Shown here in pieces: positions 16,088 to 25,261 of a stretch of 62,441 nucleotides of DNA (the stretch's first letter is position 1; every line of letters starts with the position of its first letter). The notes beneath the pieces are model-generated. The model searched no databases. It had not been told where the DNA came from and worked only from the letters and a program-made list of their open reading frames with translations. Position numbers and translations under genes: made by a program. Origin of the DNA: Bacilli bacterium. GTDB taxonomy: Bacteria; Bacillota_I; Bacilli_A; RFN20; CAG-826. Location: NCBI GenBank assembly GCA_036657515.1, contig JAVXGI010000004.1, positions 1 to 62,441 of the forward strand. Reading direction: 5' to 3'.

Positions 16088-17605
16088 TTACCAATTAATA
16101 TCGGCTTCAATAATGACGCCTTTTTTAACGTTTTTAATGTAGTCAACAACGTAATCACGGATAAACTTATTTTCGTCGTGGATTTTTATATCTGTAATTT
16201 TATCTTGATATTTATAAACAACGTAATCTATTCCAGAAAAAGTATAAATAGTATTGTTGTCTAACGCACTTCCACTATAATCTTTATTAAAGTATCTGTT
16301 GTTTGCATTGCACATACTTTTAATTACCGAACCTTTTGCTTTAAATGTAACAATTACATTTTCAAATGGTAAAGAATTATATATATCTCCATATGTTACT
16401 TCAGGACTACTTTCTAGCGGCTTTCTACCTTGATTATGAACAAATCCTTTTAGTGTAGGTTCAAGAGACAATAAGTAATTATATCCAGCCTCAGCTGCTA
16501 ATCTAGGTAACTTACCTTTCTTTCCATATCCGTCATAGGCATAAAGTTTCTTATCAAGACTTCCCACTACAACGTTTTTCACGCCATCAATAATAGCACG
16601 ATAATTGTCGTTATAATTCTTATCTACATTAACATCATTATTATAACTAGCTGTATTAAACTCTGTAACTGTAGCATTAACAATTTTTATTTCTTTTGTA
16701 ATAGTATTAAATGTTAAATTAACATTATCGTAATGTGTTCCTTCTGATTTTGCTTGTAAAATTGGTACATTATTATATTTAAGGTCTTGAATTGCATGTG
16801 AATGTCCTGCAAAAACTAAATTAATACCACATTGATCAATAATGTTAGTAAAACTAGCTGTTGTATCCCAACTTCCATGATCAGCTAAAACTATAAAATC
16901 AGCTCCTTCACTTCTTGCAGAATCAGCTGCTTTTTTAACATGTGCTAAACGATCTTCAAACGTATATGCTTCAACTCTTGTTGCAAGAATATCGTTTTTG
17001 CAGCTTGGATCAATACTGCCAACCACTCCTATTTTAATACCGTCTTTTTCAACAACAACATGATCTCCATCTGCAAAAACCGGCAAATTTCCTTGAGCAT
17101 CTCTGATATTTGAGGTTAAAAATGGGAAATTTGCCACATTTTGGTTCTCAATAATATATTTTTGATCCCAATCAAATTCATGATTTCCTAAACACATTGC
17201 GTCCAATCCCATTTCATTAAAGCATTCTGTTACGAATTTACCATGATTATGATTAGACTCGATTTGTCCAGCCCAGACGTCACCTGCAGCAATAACAAAT
17301 GTAGTTTGTTTAGCTTTTTCTTCTTTCATAAATGTTGTAAGTCTACTTACACCCATATATTTTGGATCAACATTTCCATCATTTACTAAACCGTGGAAAT
17401 CATTAAAACCAATGATTTTAAAATTCTTTATTTCTTCATCTGTTGAGGTAGTTGAGGATGTACTTGTTGTAGTTGTTGTAGTAGTCGTTGTCGTAGTTGA
17501 GGTTGAAGTAGAAGAAGGAGGACTTGGTGGAACTAAAATAGTTGAACCACATCCAACAAGTAAAGTCGAAAAGGCAATAACTGGTAATAGTCTTTTTATT
17601 TTCAT
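16088..17605 (-). CDS. Lipoprotein 5'-nucleotidase / metallophosphoesterase with poly-Thr/Ser linker
   Basis: Lipobox LLVGC (Cys19), then PPSPPSSTSTSTTTTTTTTTTTSTSSTTST. Calcineurin-like motifs GFNDFHG, GDVWAG, GNHEFD and GHSH, plus a C-terminal 5'-nucleotidase-type domain. Confidence 0.85.
   Translation of the reverse strand: MKIKRLLPVIAFSTLLVGCGSTILVPPSPPSSTSTSTTTTTTTTTTTSTSSTTSTDEEIKNFKIIGFNDFHGLVNDGNVDPKYMGVSRLTTFMKEEKAKQTTFVIAAGDVWAGQIESNHNHGKFVTECFNEMGLDAMCLGNHEFDWDQKYIIENQNVANFPFLTSNIRDAQGNLPVFADGDHVVVEKDGIKIGVVGSIDPSCKNDILATRVEAYTFEDRLAHVKKAADSARSEGADFIVLADHGSWDTTASFTNIIDQCGINLVFAGHSHAIQDLKYNNVPILQAKSEGTHYDNVNLTFNTITKEIKIVNATVTEFNTASYNNDVNVDKNYNDNYRAIIDGVKNVVVGSLDKKLYAYDGYGKKGKLPRLAAEAGYNYLLSLEPTLKGFVHNQGRKPLESSPEVTYGDIYNSLPFENVIVTFKAKGSVIKSMCNANNRYFNKDYSGSALDNNTIYTFSGIDYVVYKYQDKITDIKIHDENKFIRDYVVDYIKNVKKGVIIEADINW
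17441..17530 (-). repeat. Low-complexity Pro/Ser/Thr codon tract (linker of the lipoprotein nucleotidase)
   Basis: About 30 consecutive P/S/T codons, including 11 consecutive Thr encoded by mixed ACN codons. Confidence 0.8.
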
Positions 17606-18381
17606 TTTAATATATTCTCCTTCTTATTAACAACAACATATCCTTCATCATTATAAACATATTCTCTATTATATTTCATTGGTTGTCCGTCTGGCTTTAA
17701 AACAAATCCACCAGCCTCAGTTACAATAATATCAAATGCTGCTGTATCCCATTCTTTAGTACCTTTATTAAGTCTAAAAGAGACTTCAGCACTACCTTCG
17801 GAAATATAACAAGCCTTAATTGATGAACCTACTTTTTGAACATATTTAATAACATCTTTATGTCTTTCAAGCAATTCTACTTCGTTTTGTCCAATATGGA
17901 AACGTGAAGTTAAGCAAGTAAGATCGGTTGTTTTAGCATTAACATGAATTCTTTCTTCAGTTCCGTTTGCACTAACCTTAAATGCTCCACCATTTTTAAT
18001 AGCGTAATAATATACATTTTGAGCAGGAATAAGTACTACTCCTGCAACGATTTCATGTTTATAAGAAAGAGCGATGTTCGTAGTAAATTCTCCGTTTCTA
18101 GCAACAAAATCTGCCGTGCCATCAACTGGATCTACGATAAATACATAATCATTATCTAAACGGGTTTTATCATCAGTTGATTCTTCAGTTAAAAAGGCAT
18201 ATGAAGGATATCTTTCTTTTAAATAATTTTTTATTAAGATATCAGCTCCTTTATCTGCTTCGGTAACTGGACTATTATCATCTTTTATTTCTACATCAAA
18301 ATTTTGGTGATAAACAGTAAGAATAACCTCTCTTGCTAATAACCCTGCTTCTATCATGTCGTGCATTTCTTTTTCAAACAT
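17602..18381 (-). CDS. Inositol monophosphatase-family phosphatase (SuhB/CysQ-like)
   Basis: FIVDPVDGT and EWDTAAFD motifs. The start is at ATG 18381 (MFEKEMHD, AAAGGAG upstream). The track GTG start at 18429 lies in the fba terminator hairpin. Confidence 0.85.
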   Translation of the reverse strand: MFEKEMHDMIEAGLLAREVILTVYHQNFDVEIKDDNSPVTEADKGADILIKNYLKERYPSYAFLTEESTDDKTRLDNDYVFIVDPVDGTADFVARNGEFTTNIALSYKHEIVAGVVLIPAQNVYYYAIKNGGAFKVSANGTEERIHVNAKTTDLTCLTSRFHIGQNEVELLERHKDVIKYVQKVGSSIKACYISEGSAEVSFRLNKGTKEWDTAAFDIIVTEAGGFVLKPDGQPMKYNREYVYNDEGYVVVNKKENILK

Positions 18382-18405
18382 TTCTTTATTCTCCTTTAAG
18401 ATATT

Positions 18406-18432
18406 AAAGTGCCTCCGCAAAGGAGGCACTTT
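18406..18432 (-). terminator. Hairpin terminator after fba
   Basis: AAAGTGCCTCC (18406-18416) / GGAGGCACTTT (18422-18432), 18 nt downstream of the fba stop. Confidence 0.6.
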
Positions 18433-18449
18433 AGTGTTTATTTATTAAA

Positions 18450-19310
18450 TTATATAGCTTTTCCAACGCAACCAAAGACTTCGCATTTTTCTTTTACGAC
18501 GTTTTTAATGCCTTGTTTTCCAGGTCCAACAAGTTTTCTTGGATCATAGACTTCTTTATCTTTTGCAACAACTTCTCTAACGATAGCAGCGAAAACTTGT
18601 TGGCATTCGGTGTTAACGTTAATTTTGCATGTTCCACACTCAATAGCTTTTTTAATTTGGAAATCTGGAATACCAGAACCTCCATGTAAAACTAATGGGA
18701 TTTCAACTAATTTAGAAATTTCAGCCATTTCTTTAAAACCAAGTTTAGGTTCGCCATGATATGGTCCATGTACTGATCCTAAAGCTGGAGCTAAACAGTC
18801 AAGGTGGGATTCACGTACTAATCTTAAACATTCTTGTGGATCAGCATATAAAACTCCTTGAGAAACAACATCATCTTCTTGTCCACCAACATGTCCGAGT
18901 TCAGCTTCAACTGAAACGCCATGAGCGTGAGCATAATCTACAACTGATTTAGTAATAGCAATATTTTCATCTAATGAATGGTGTGATGCATCAATCATTA
19001 CTGAAGTAAATCCAGCATCAATTGCTTTCTTACAAAAATCAAAGCTTGAACCATGGTCAACGTGAATTGCGACTGGAACTGTAATGTTTTTATCGGCAAT
19101 ATAACCTCTTACCATTCCAACAACAGTGTTAACGCCACCCATATATCTAGCAGCGCCTTCGCTTACTCCAAGAATTACTGGAGCTTGAAGTTCTTGAACC
19201 TCATCAAGAATTGCAGAAACCCATTCAAGATTGTTGATATTGAATTGTCCTACTGCATAATGTTCGTTTTTTGCTTTAATAAGCATTTCTGTCATGTTAA
19301 CTAAACCCAT
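18450..19310 (-). CDS. fba: Class II fructose-1,6-bisphosphate aldolase
   Basis: 286 aa. [16 protein letters not shown] and VLHGGSG motifs. Confidence 0.95.
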   Translation of the reverse strand: MGLVNMTEMLIKAKNEHYAVGQFNINNLEWVSAILDEVQELQAPVILGVSEGAARYMGGVNTVVGMVRGYIADKNITVPVAIHVDHGSSFDFCKKAIDAGFTSVMIDASHHSLDENIAITKSVVDYAHAHGVSVEAELGHVGGQEDDVVSQGVLYADPQECLRLVRESHLDCLAPALGSVHGPYHGEPKLGFKEMAEISKLVEIPLVLHGGSGIPDFQIKKAIECGTCKINVNTECQQVFAAIVREVVAKDKEVYDPRKLVGPGKQGIKNVVKEKCEVFGCVGKAI

Positions 19311-19336
19311 AAATTTTCCTCCTGTTTGTGAAATTA

Positions 19337-19720
19337 TTAGTTGTTAATTAAGTCTATTACTTTCTTACTATTTTCTTCTAAATCTTCTGGCTCGCCTTCG
19401 ATATCATCGTCTTCATCGGATTTCTTTTCATCATCATCATCGTAATCATCGCCAACATCAGCATAAACTGCTTGCATATCGATGTGAACTTTGTCAAATG
19501 GTTGATTTTCTCTAAGAGCCCATTTGTTGTCGCTTAATAAGACAAATCTTCCATCAAGTGATAAATTTGTATAGAATCTTGCTTTTTTTGCAATTTTATT
19601 TTCATCATCAATTGCTTGTTCTTTGCAAACGTGGTCCCAGATTACATCAAATAAAACTTCTTCTTCATGACTTTCTTTTAATAACTCGTAAGCTATTAAT
19701 AAATTTGACTTTGTTGCCAT
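19337..19720 (-). CDS. rpoE: RNA polymerase delta subunit
   Basis: N-terminal HARE-HTH-like domain ([10 protein letters not shown]...[13 protein letters not shown]) and an acidic tail [29 protein letters not shown] at 19720 is preceded by AAAGGAG. Confidence 0.85.
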   Translation of the reverse strand: MATKSNLLIAYELLKESHEEEVLFDVIWDHVCKEQAIDDENKIAKKARFYTNLSLDGRFVLLSDNKWALRENQPFDKVHIDMQAVYADVGDDYDDDDEKKSDEDDDIEGEPEDLEENSKKVIDLINN

Positions 19721-19733
19721 ATATTCTCCTTTA

Positions 19734-21356
19734 TTACATTTTTTCTGGAGCGCTAACTCCAATCAACTCTAATGCATTCTTAATAACTATTGAGCAAGCC
19801 TTGATTAATGACAGTCTAGCTCCAGTTAAATCAACATTATTTACATCTAAAATTCTACATTTTGCATAAAATTCATGCACATATCCTGATAATTTTTGAA
19901 TATAATTGCAGATCTTATAAGGTGCACGTTCTTTTGCGGCATCTTGAACTATTTTATCATATTCACTAAGAGATTTCATTAAAGAAAATTCAGTTTCATC
20001 AATTAATAAATTGTATTTATCATTAAGAGGAATAGTAGAAAGAGATAAAACATTGTTCATACGAGCGTAAGCATATTGAGCATAAAACACAGGATTAGAT
20101 GAAGATTGAGAAAGAGCTAGCTCTAAATCAAAGTCTAAATGTGTGGCTGCATCGCGAGATACGAAGAAATAACGTACTGCATCAATTCCTACTTCTTGTA
20201 CTAAATCTCTTAATTTAATCGCATTTCCAAGACGTTTAGACATCTTAACTTCTTCTCCGTCTTTAACAATTCTTACCATTTGAATTAATTCAACTTCTAA
20301 AGATTCTTCTCTATATCCGTTCATCATTAATGCAGATTTCATACGATTTATATAACCATGGTGATCTGCACCAAGTACATCTATTAAATTAGTTGCCTTT
20401 CTAGATAATTTATTTAAGTGATAAGCAATATCTGGCCAAAAATAAGTAGCTTCTCCATTAGATTTAATAATAACTCTATCTTTGTCATCAACAAATTTAG
20501 AAGTAGCTAAATAAGTTGCTCCATCTTTTTTATAAATATAATCTTTCATTGTATTAGCTAAATTAGTAAGTACATTACCCTGTCTTATGGTCGTTTCAAA
20601 AGAGAAAACATCGAAATTAACTCTAAACTCATTTAAGTCATTTTTCAATTTATCAAGTTCTTTTTCCATACCAAACTCTTTAAAGATTTCGATGTTTTCG
20701 TCGCTTTCTTCAAGATATTTGTCGCCATATTTGCTTTTAAATTGTTTGGCTATTTCAATAATGTCTTCACCTTGATATCCGTCTTCTGGTAAATCATATT
20801 TTTTATCATAGAGTTCAAAATATCTTGCTTTAAGCGATTCACCTAAATGAAGTATTTGAGCTCCGGCATCATTTACGTAATATTCTCGAATGACGCTATA
20901 ACCAGCCTTTTTTAAAATTCTTGCAAGAGAATCACCAATTGCAGCTCCACGAGCATGGCCTAAATGTAAGTCACCAGTTGGATTTGCTGAAACGTATTCT
21001 AAGTTTATTAATTTACCTGTCTTTTTATCACCTGTTCCAAATGAATCATTGGTGTTTAAAACTCGATCAATGACGTTAGATAGGATTTCATTAGACATGA
21101 AAAAATTAATAAAACCAGGACCAGCAATTTCGATTTTATCTAAACCTTCTTTATCAATGCTATCAATAATTTGTTGAGCTAAGGCTCTAGGGTTTGTTTT
21201 TAGTTTAGAAGCAAGTTTCATTGCGATATTACTTGCATAATCTCCGTGAATTTTGTCTTTTGCAGCTTCTATAATAATAAAATCCTCTTTTACATCGATA
21301 TCAATCTTTTGTAAGGCGAATCTAAGCTTTTTATGAAGCAATTCTTCATTATACAT
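19734..21356 (-). CDS. argS: Arginyl-tRNA synthetase
   Basis: 540 aa. HIGH-type LHLGHARG, KMSK-type VKMSKRLG, C-terminal DALR anticodon-binding region. Confidence 0.95.
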   Translation of the reverse strand: MYNEELLHKKLRFALQKIDIDVKEDFIIIEAAKDKIHGDYASNIAMKLASKLKTNPRALAQQIIDSIDKEGLDKIEIAGPGFINFFMSNEILSNVIDRVLNTNDSFGTGDKKTGKLINLEYVSANPTGDLHLGHARGAAIGDSLARILKKAGYSVIREYYVNDAGAQILHLGESLKARYFELYDKKYDLPEDGYQGEDIIEIAKQFKSKYGDKYLEESDENIEIFKEFGMEKELDKLKNDLNEFRVNFDVFSFETTIRQGNVLTNLANTMKDYIYKKDGATYLATSKFVDDKDRVIIKSNGEATYFWPDIAYHLNKLSRKATNLIDVLGADHHGYINRMKSALMMNGYREESLEVELIQMVRIVKDGEEVKMSKRLGNAIKLRDLVQEVGIDAVRYFFVSRDAATHLDFDLELALSQSSSNPVFYAQYAYARMNNVLSLSTIPLNDKYNLLIDETEFSLMKSLSEYDKIVQDAAKERAPYKICNYIQKLSGYVHEFYAKCRILDVNNVDLTGARLSLIKACSIVIKNALELIGVSAPEKM

Positions 21357-21750
21357 TTTTTTCCTCCATGGTTATTTCATAACTCGTAATATCGTTTTTA
21401 AACTTTTCTTGATATAAATCGAATGATATCTTTAAATTGTGTTTAAATATTTGTAAGGATTTAGTCTTAATTGAGAAAGAATATTGGTTCTTATTAACAT
21501 CAATGAATGTAGCAGAAGTTACACTAATAACATTGAATGAATATTGATATTTAAGATTTCCAATTTCGTTAACAATTGAGATCAAATTTGATGTTTGAGT
21601 AATAATATATTTTCCTGCTATTCCAAATTCATCGGTATATAGAACAGTAAATCCGTTTTCAATATCAAGAACAGTTCCAACATATTTTGAGTAACGTTCT
21701 GATTCAATCGCCGTATTTTTTGATTTGACAGATATTTGTACTTTATTCAT
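21349..21750 (-). CDS. DUF1934 (YwiB-like) beta-barrel protein
   Basis: 133 aa and beta-rich. It sits immediately upstream of, and overlaps, argS, as ywiB does in Bacillus. The call rests mainly on synteny and size. Confidence 0.55.
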   Translation of the reverse strand: MNKVQISVKSKNTAIESERYSKYVGTVLDIENGFTVLYTDEFGIAGKYIITQTSNLISIVNEIGNLKYQYSFNVISVTSATFIDVNKNQYSFSIKTKSLQIFKHNLKISFDLYQEKFKNDITSYEITMEEKNV

Positions 21751-23191
21751 AATATTTTTTTATTCGATTTTTTATCTCTTCTTTTCCTAAAATAGAGAGA
21801 ATGTTATAAAGTTCTATTCCATGTTCTTTTCCAGTAAGTACTAATCTTATTGGCATGTATAAATCCTTTCCTTTAATTCCTAAATCTTTTTGAATTCCTT
21901 TCATCATTAAATTAACTTGTTCTTTACTTAAATCGCAGTCATCAATTCTTAATTTAAATGCATTTAGAACTGAGGCACTGTTATTTGACTTAATAAACAA
22001 TGTTTCATCTTCGCTTAAATTGCCATAATTTAAGAATATATCATCAAGAAGTGTAACAATTTCAGAGCCACAACATATTTCTTGTTTAAACATTAAACTA
22101 ATTTTAAGTAATTCCTCATCATTATATTTTTTGTCCTTAAAGTAAGAGTCAATAAATGGATTGATAAATAAAGCGTATTCTTCATCGTTCATCTTTTTAA
22201 TATATTGTCCATTCATCCAATCAAGTTTCTTTTGATCAAAAGTTGAAGGAGATGACGATAATCTGCTTGGATCAAAAGCAGCAATTGCTTCTTCCATACT
22301 AAATATTTCTTTATCTTCTTTTGGAGTCCAACCTAGTAACAATAAAAAGTTATCAATTGCTGCTGGTAAATATCCCTTTTCTTTATATTGAGACATAAAT
22401 TGCATTATGTTGTGATCGCGTTTTGATAATTTTTTACCATTTTCACTAATAATAATTGTCATATGACCGAAAGATGGAATTTCCCAACCAAAATAATTGT
22501 AGATAATTATTTGTTTAGGAGTGTTTGATAAATGTTCTTCACCACGAAATACATGGGTAATATCCATAATGTGATCATCAATTACAACTGCAAAATTGTA
22601 TGTAGGAATACCATTTGATTTAATGATTACAAAGTCACCAAAATCATCACTATTAAAAGATACTTTGCCTCTAACTAAATCATTGAATTCAATTGTTTGA
22701 TCAGTTGGAACTTTAAGTCTAATTGAAGGAATACGTCCTTCTTTTCTAAATTTATCTTTTTCTTCTTTTGTTAAATTCATACATTTACGATCGTATTTGT
22801 ATGACATATTTCCATTTTTTTCTTGTTCTAAACGAGAAGCTTCAATTTCTTCTTCATTGCAAAAACACTCATAGGCATAACCCATATCAATAAGTTTTTG
22901 AGCATATTCTTGATATAAGGCGATTTTTTCTGTTTGTCTATATGGAGCATATTTAGGATTCATTTTTTCAATGGATTCATCTGGTATTATATTAAGCCAA
23001 ATCAAATCATGAAGCTGACTATATTCTGCACCTTCAATATTTCTTGCGATATCAGTATCTTCAATTCTAAAAACAAAATCTCCGTTATATTTTTTAGCAA
23101 ATAAATAATTAAATAATGCGCTTCTTGCTCCACCAATATGTAAATATCCAGATGGACTTGGTGCATATCTAACTCTAACTTTTTTATCCAT
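21743..23191 (-). CDS. gltX: Glutamyl-tRNA synthetase
   Basis: RYAPSPSGYLHIGGAR (HIGH) and KLSKRD (KMSKS). The start is at ATG 23191 (MDKKVRVRY), 1 nt after the ispF stop. Confidence 0.95.
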   Translation of the reverse strand: MDKKVRVRYAPSPSGYLHIGGARSALFNYLFAKKYNGDFVFRIEDTDIARNIEGAEYSQLHDLIWLNIIPDESIEKMNPKYAPYRQTEKIALYQEYAQKLIDMGYAYECFCNEEEIEASRLEQEKNGNMSYKYDRKCMNLTKEEKDKFRKEGRIPSIRLKVPTDQTIEFNDLVRGKVSFNSDDFGDFVIIKSNGIPTYNFAVVIDDHIMDITHVFRGEEHLSNTPKQIIIYNYFGWEIPSFGHMTIIISENGKKLSKRDHNIMQFMSQYKEKGYLPAAIDNFLLLLGWTPKEDKEIFSMEEAIAAFDPSRLSSSPSTFDQKKLDWMNGQYIKKMNDEEYALFINPFIDSYFKDKKYNDEELLKISLMFKQEICCGSEIVTLLDDIFLNYGNLSEDETLFIKSNNSASVLNAFKLRIDDCDLSKEQVNLMMKGIQKDLGIKGKDLYMPIRLVLTGKEHGIELYNILSILGKEEIKNRIKKYYE

Positions 23192-23192
23192 A

Positions 23193-23666
23193 TTATTTCT
23201 CCACAAGAACAACAGCATAGGCTATACAAGCTTTTGCTTTACCAGTTGCATCCATTCCTTCATTTGTCATAGCTTTTACACTAATATTTTCCATATCAAT
23301 TTCAAATAACCCTGCAATACTCAATCTAATTTGAAAAATGTAGTCTTTTAATTTTATTTGTTCGAGTTCAATTGAGACATCAATATTTGAAATTGAATAT
23401 CCTTTTAATTTTACTAACCCACTAACTTTTTTAGCAATATCACTTGAAGACATATTTTTACAAGAATCGTCATTATCAGGAAAATGTTGACCTAAATCAC
23501 CTAATGCAAGAGCACCAAGTAATGCCTCTGAAACAGAGTGTAAAACAACATCTCCATCAGTGTTACTAACTAGTCCAAATTTAGATGGAATCGTTACTCC
23601 GCCAAGTTTTAAAACAGCATTCTTTTTTAATAAATGAATGTCTTTAGCAAATCCAATTTTCATCAT
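23193..23666 (-). CDS. ispF: 2-C-methyl-D-erythritol 2,4-cyclodiphosphate synthase
   Basis: 157 aa. IGFAKDIH, NTDGDVVLHS and ALGDLGQHFPDND motifs. The ispF-gltX adjacency is as in Bacillus. Confidence 0.9.
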   Translation of the reverse strand: MMKIGFAKDIHLLKKNAVLKLGGVTIPSKFGLVSNTDGDVVLHSVSEALLGALALGDLGQHFPDNDDSCKNMSSSDIAKKVSGLVKLKGYSISNIDVSIELEQIKLKDYIFQIRLSIAGLFEIDMENISVKAMTNEGMDATGKAKACIAYAVVLVEK

Positions 23667-24772
23667 ACATTAAACCTAAAGAAGAAAATATCGCCATCTT
23701 TAGCAACATAATCTTTTCCTTCTATTCTTAGTTTTCCGGCTTCTTTTAAAGCTAATTCACTTTTATAAATTACAAAATCATCATAAGAATATACTTCAGC
23801 CTTTATAAATCCTTTTTGAAAATCTGTATGAATTACTCCTGCACATTCAGGTGCAGTTGATCCATTTTTAAATGTCCAAGCGCGGCATTCATCTTGTCCA
23901 ACTGTAAAAAATGTAGAAAGATTTAATAATTTATATGCAGCCTTTACAAGAACATTAAGTCCTGATTCACTTGCACCAATTGAAGAAAGAAATTCTTTTT
24001 TATCTTCTATCGGAAGTCCAGCTAGTTCATATTCAATTTCGCATGAAATTGGAACGCATCCAGCGCCTTCAGATTCGGCGTATTTTTTAACATCTTGAAA
24101 ATACTTGAAATCGCTTAAATTTGAATAAGCATCTTCACTTACATTAGCAACATAAATTATTGGTTTAGATGTTAAAAAATTCATGTTAATTTTCATATAA
24201 TCGATTTGATCAATAGAAAAACCTTTAATCGAGCGAACTGGTATATTTGATTCTAAACTAGTTTTAACTTTGCTTAAAATTATCATTTCATACATCGATA
24301 ATTTATCTTTTGAGACTCTTGCTTTGTTTTCAACCTTAGCAATACGTTTTTCGCAGGAATCTAAATCTGCTAAAATGAGTTCAAGGTTAATTATTTCAAT
24401 ATCTCTAATTGGATCAACATTGTTTTCAACGTGTATAATCTCGCTGTCATCGAAACAACGAACCATATGTAATATTGCATCACATTCTCTGATGTGAGAT
24501 AAGAATTTATTTCCTAATCCTTCGCCTTTTGATGCGCCTTTTACAAGTCCAGCGATGTCAAAAAACTCAATTGAAGTATATATTTTCTTTTTTGGATTAA
24601 AAACCGAAGTTAAATAATCAAGACGCTCATCTTCAACAATAACCATTCCATTATTTGCTTCAATAGTAGCAAATGGATAATTGGCAGCTTCTACATGAGA
24701 TTTCGTAATAGCGTTAAATAATGTTGATTTACCAACATTCGGAAGTCCGACAATACCTGCTTTCAAACCCAT
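23663..24772 (-). CDS. ychF: Ribosome-binding ATPase YchF
   Basis: G1 GLPNVGKSTLFNA, a coiled-coil insert, and the C-terminal TGS-like domain ending FFFRFNV. Confidence 0.95.
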   Translation of the reverse strand: MGLKAGIVGLPNVGKSTLFNAITKSHVEAANYPFATIEANNGMVIVEDERLDYLTSVFNPKKKIYTSIEFFDIAGLVKGASKGEGLGNKFLSHIRECDAILHMVRCFDDSEIIHVENNVDPIRDIEIINLELILADLDSCEKRIAKVENKARVSKDKLSMYEMIILSKVKTSLESNIPVRSIKGFSIDQIDYMKINMNFLTSKPIIYVANVSEDAYSNLSDFKYFQDVKKYAESEGAGCVPISCEIEYELAGLPIEDKKEFLSSIGASESGLNVLVKAAYKLLNLSTFFTVGQDECRAWTFKNGSTAPECAGVIHTDFQKGFIKAEVYSYDDFVIYKSELALKEAGKLRIEGKDYVAKDGDIFFFRFNV

Positions 24773-24792
24773 ATAAAAACCTCCCTAATTGC

Positions 24793-24813
24793 AAATGTTA
24801 TTATATAACATTT
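24793..24813. promoter_or_regulatory. Perfect 9-3-9 palindrome AAATGTTAT-TAT-ATAACATTT overlapping the -10 region of the ychF operon (candidate operator)
   Basis: The arms at 24793-24801 and 24805-24813 are exact reverse complements. The minus-strand TATAAT (24805-24800) is centred in it, 27 nt upstream of ATG 24772. Confidence 0.45.
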
Positions 24814-24950
24814 AAAATACAATTAAAATGTATATGTGTTTATAAATTTAATAGAAATTATCAAAAAATAGGTATTTTTAGATATCTTTTCTTAAATTGG
24901 TAGTTTAATAAAATATATAAAGGAAAGTTATTAAGTTTCCTAAAAATTTA

Positions 24951-24976
24951 CAAAAGAAAAAACCACTTGCGTGGTT
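24951..24976 (-). terminator. Terminator after the cold-shock gene
   Basis: AACCAC (24961-24966) / GTGGTT (24971-24976), loop TTGC, with a T-run on the minus strand. Confidence 0.65.
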
Positions 24977-25192
24977 TTACTTTTTGACAACGTTTTTAGC
25001 TCTTGGGCCTCTATCGGATTGTTCAATTTCGAATTCAACTTCATCATTAGCTTCAATTGTTTTGAAACCTTCCATGATTAATGATGAATAGTGAAAGAAT
25101 ACATCTTGACCATCATCACCGTGGATAAATCCATAGCCTTTATCCTTGTTGAACATCTTTACTTTGCCAGTATACTTTTTTTCTTCGCTCAT
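24977..25192 (-). CDS. Cold-shock protein (CspA family)
   Basis: 71 aa. RNP1 KGYGFI and RNP2 VFFHYS. Confidence 0.9.
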   Translation of the reverse strand: MSEEKKYTGKVKMFNKDKGYGFIHGDDGQDVFFHYSSLIMEGFKTIEANDEVEFEIEQSDRGPRAKNVVKK

Positions 25193-25261
25193 ATCTACTC
25201 CCGTCTTTAAAAGACATTGTTATTATACACCACTTTTTATAAATGTATATGATTTATTTTC

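Noticed and set aside
24773-24976. T-box leader upstream of the gltX and argS operon
   Set aside because: The only untranslated region is about 200 nt, holds a promoter and the csp terminator, and lacks a specifier stem, a T-box sequence or a terminator/antiterminator pair.
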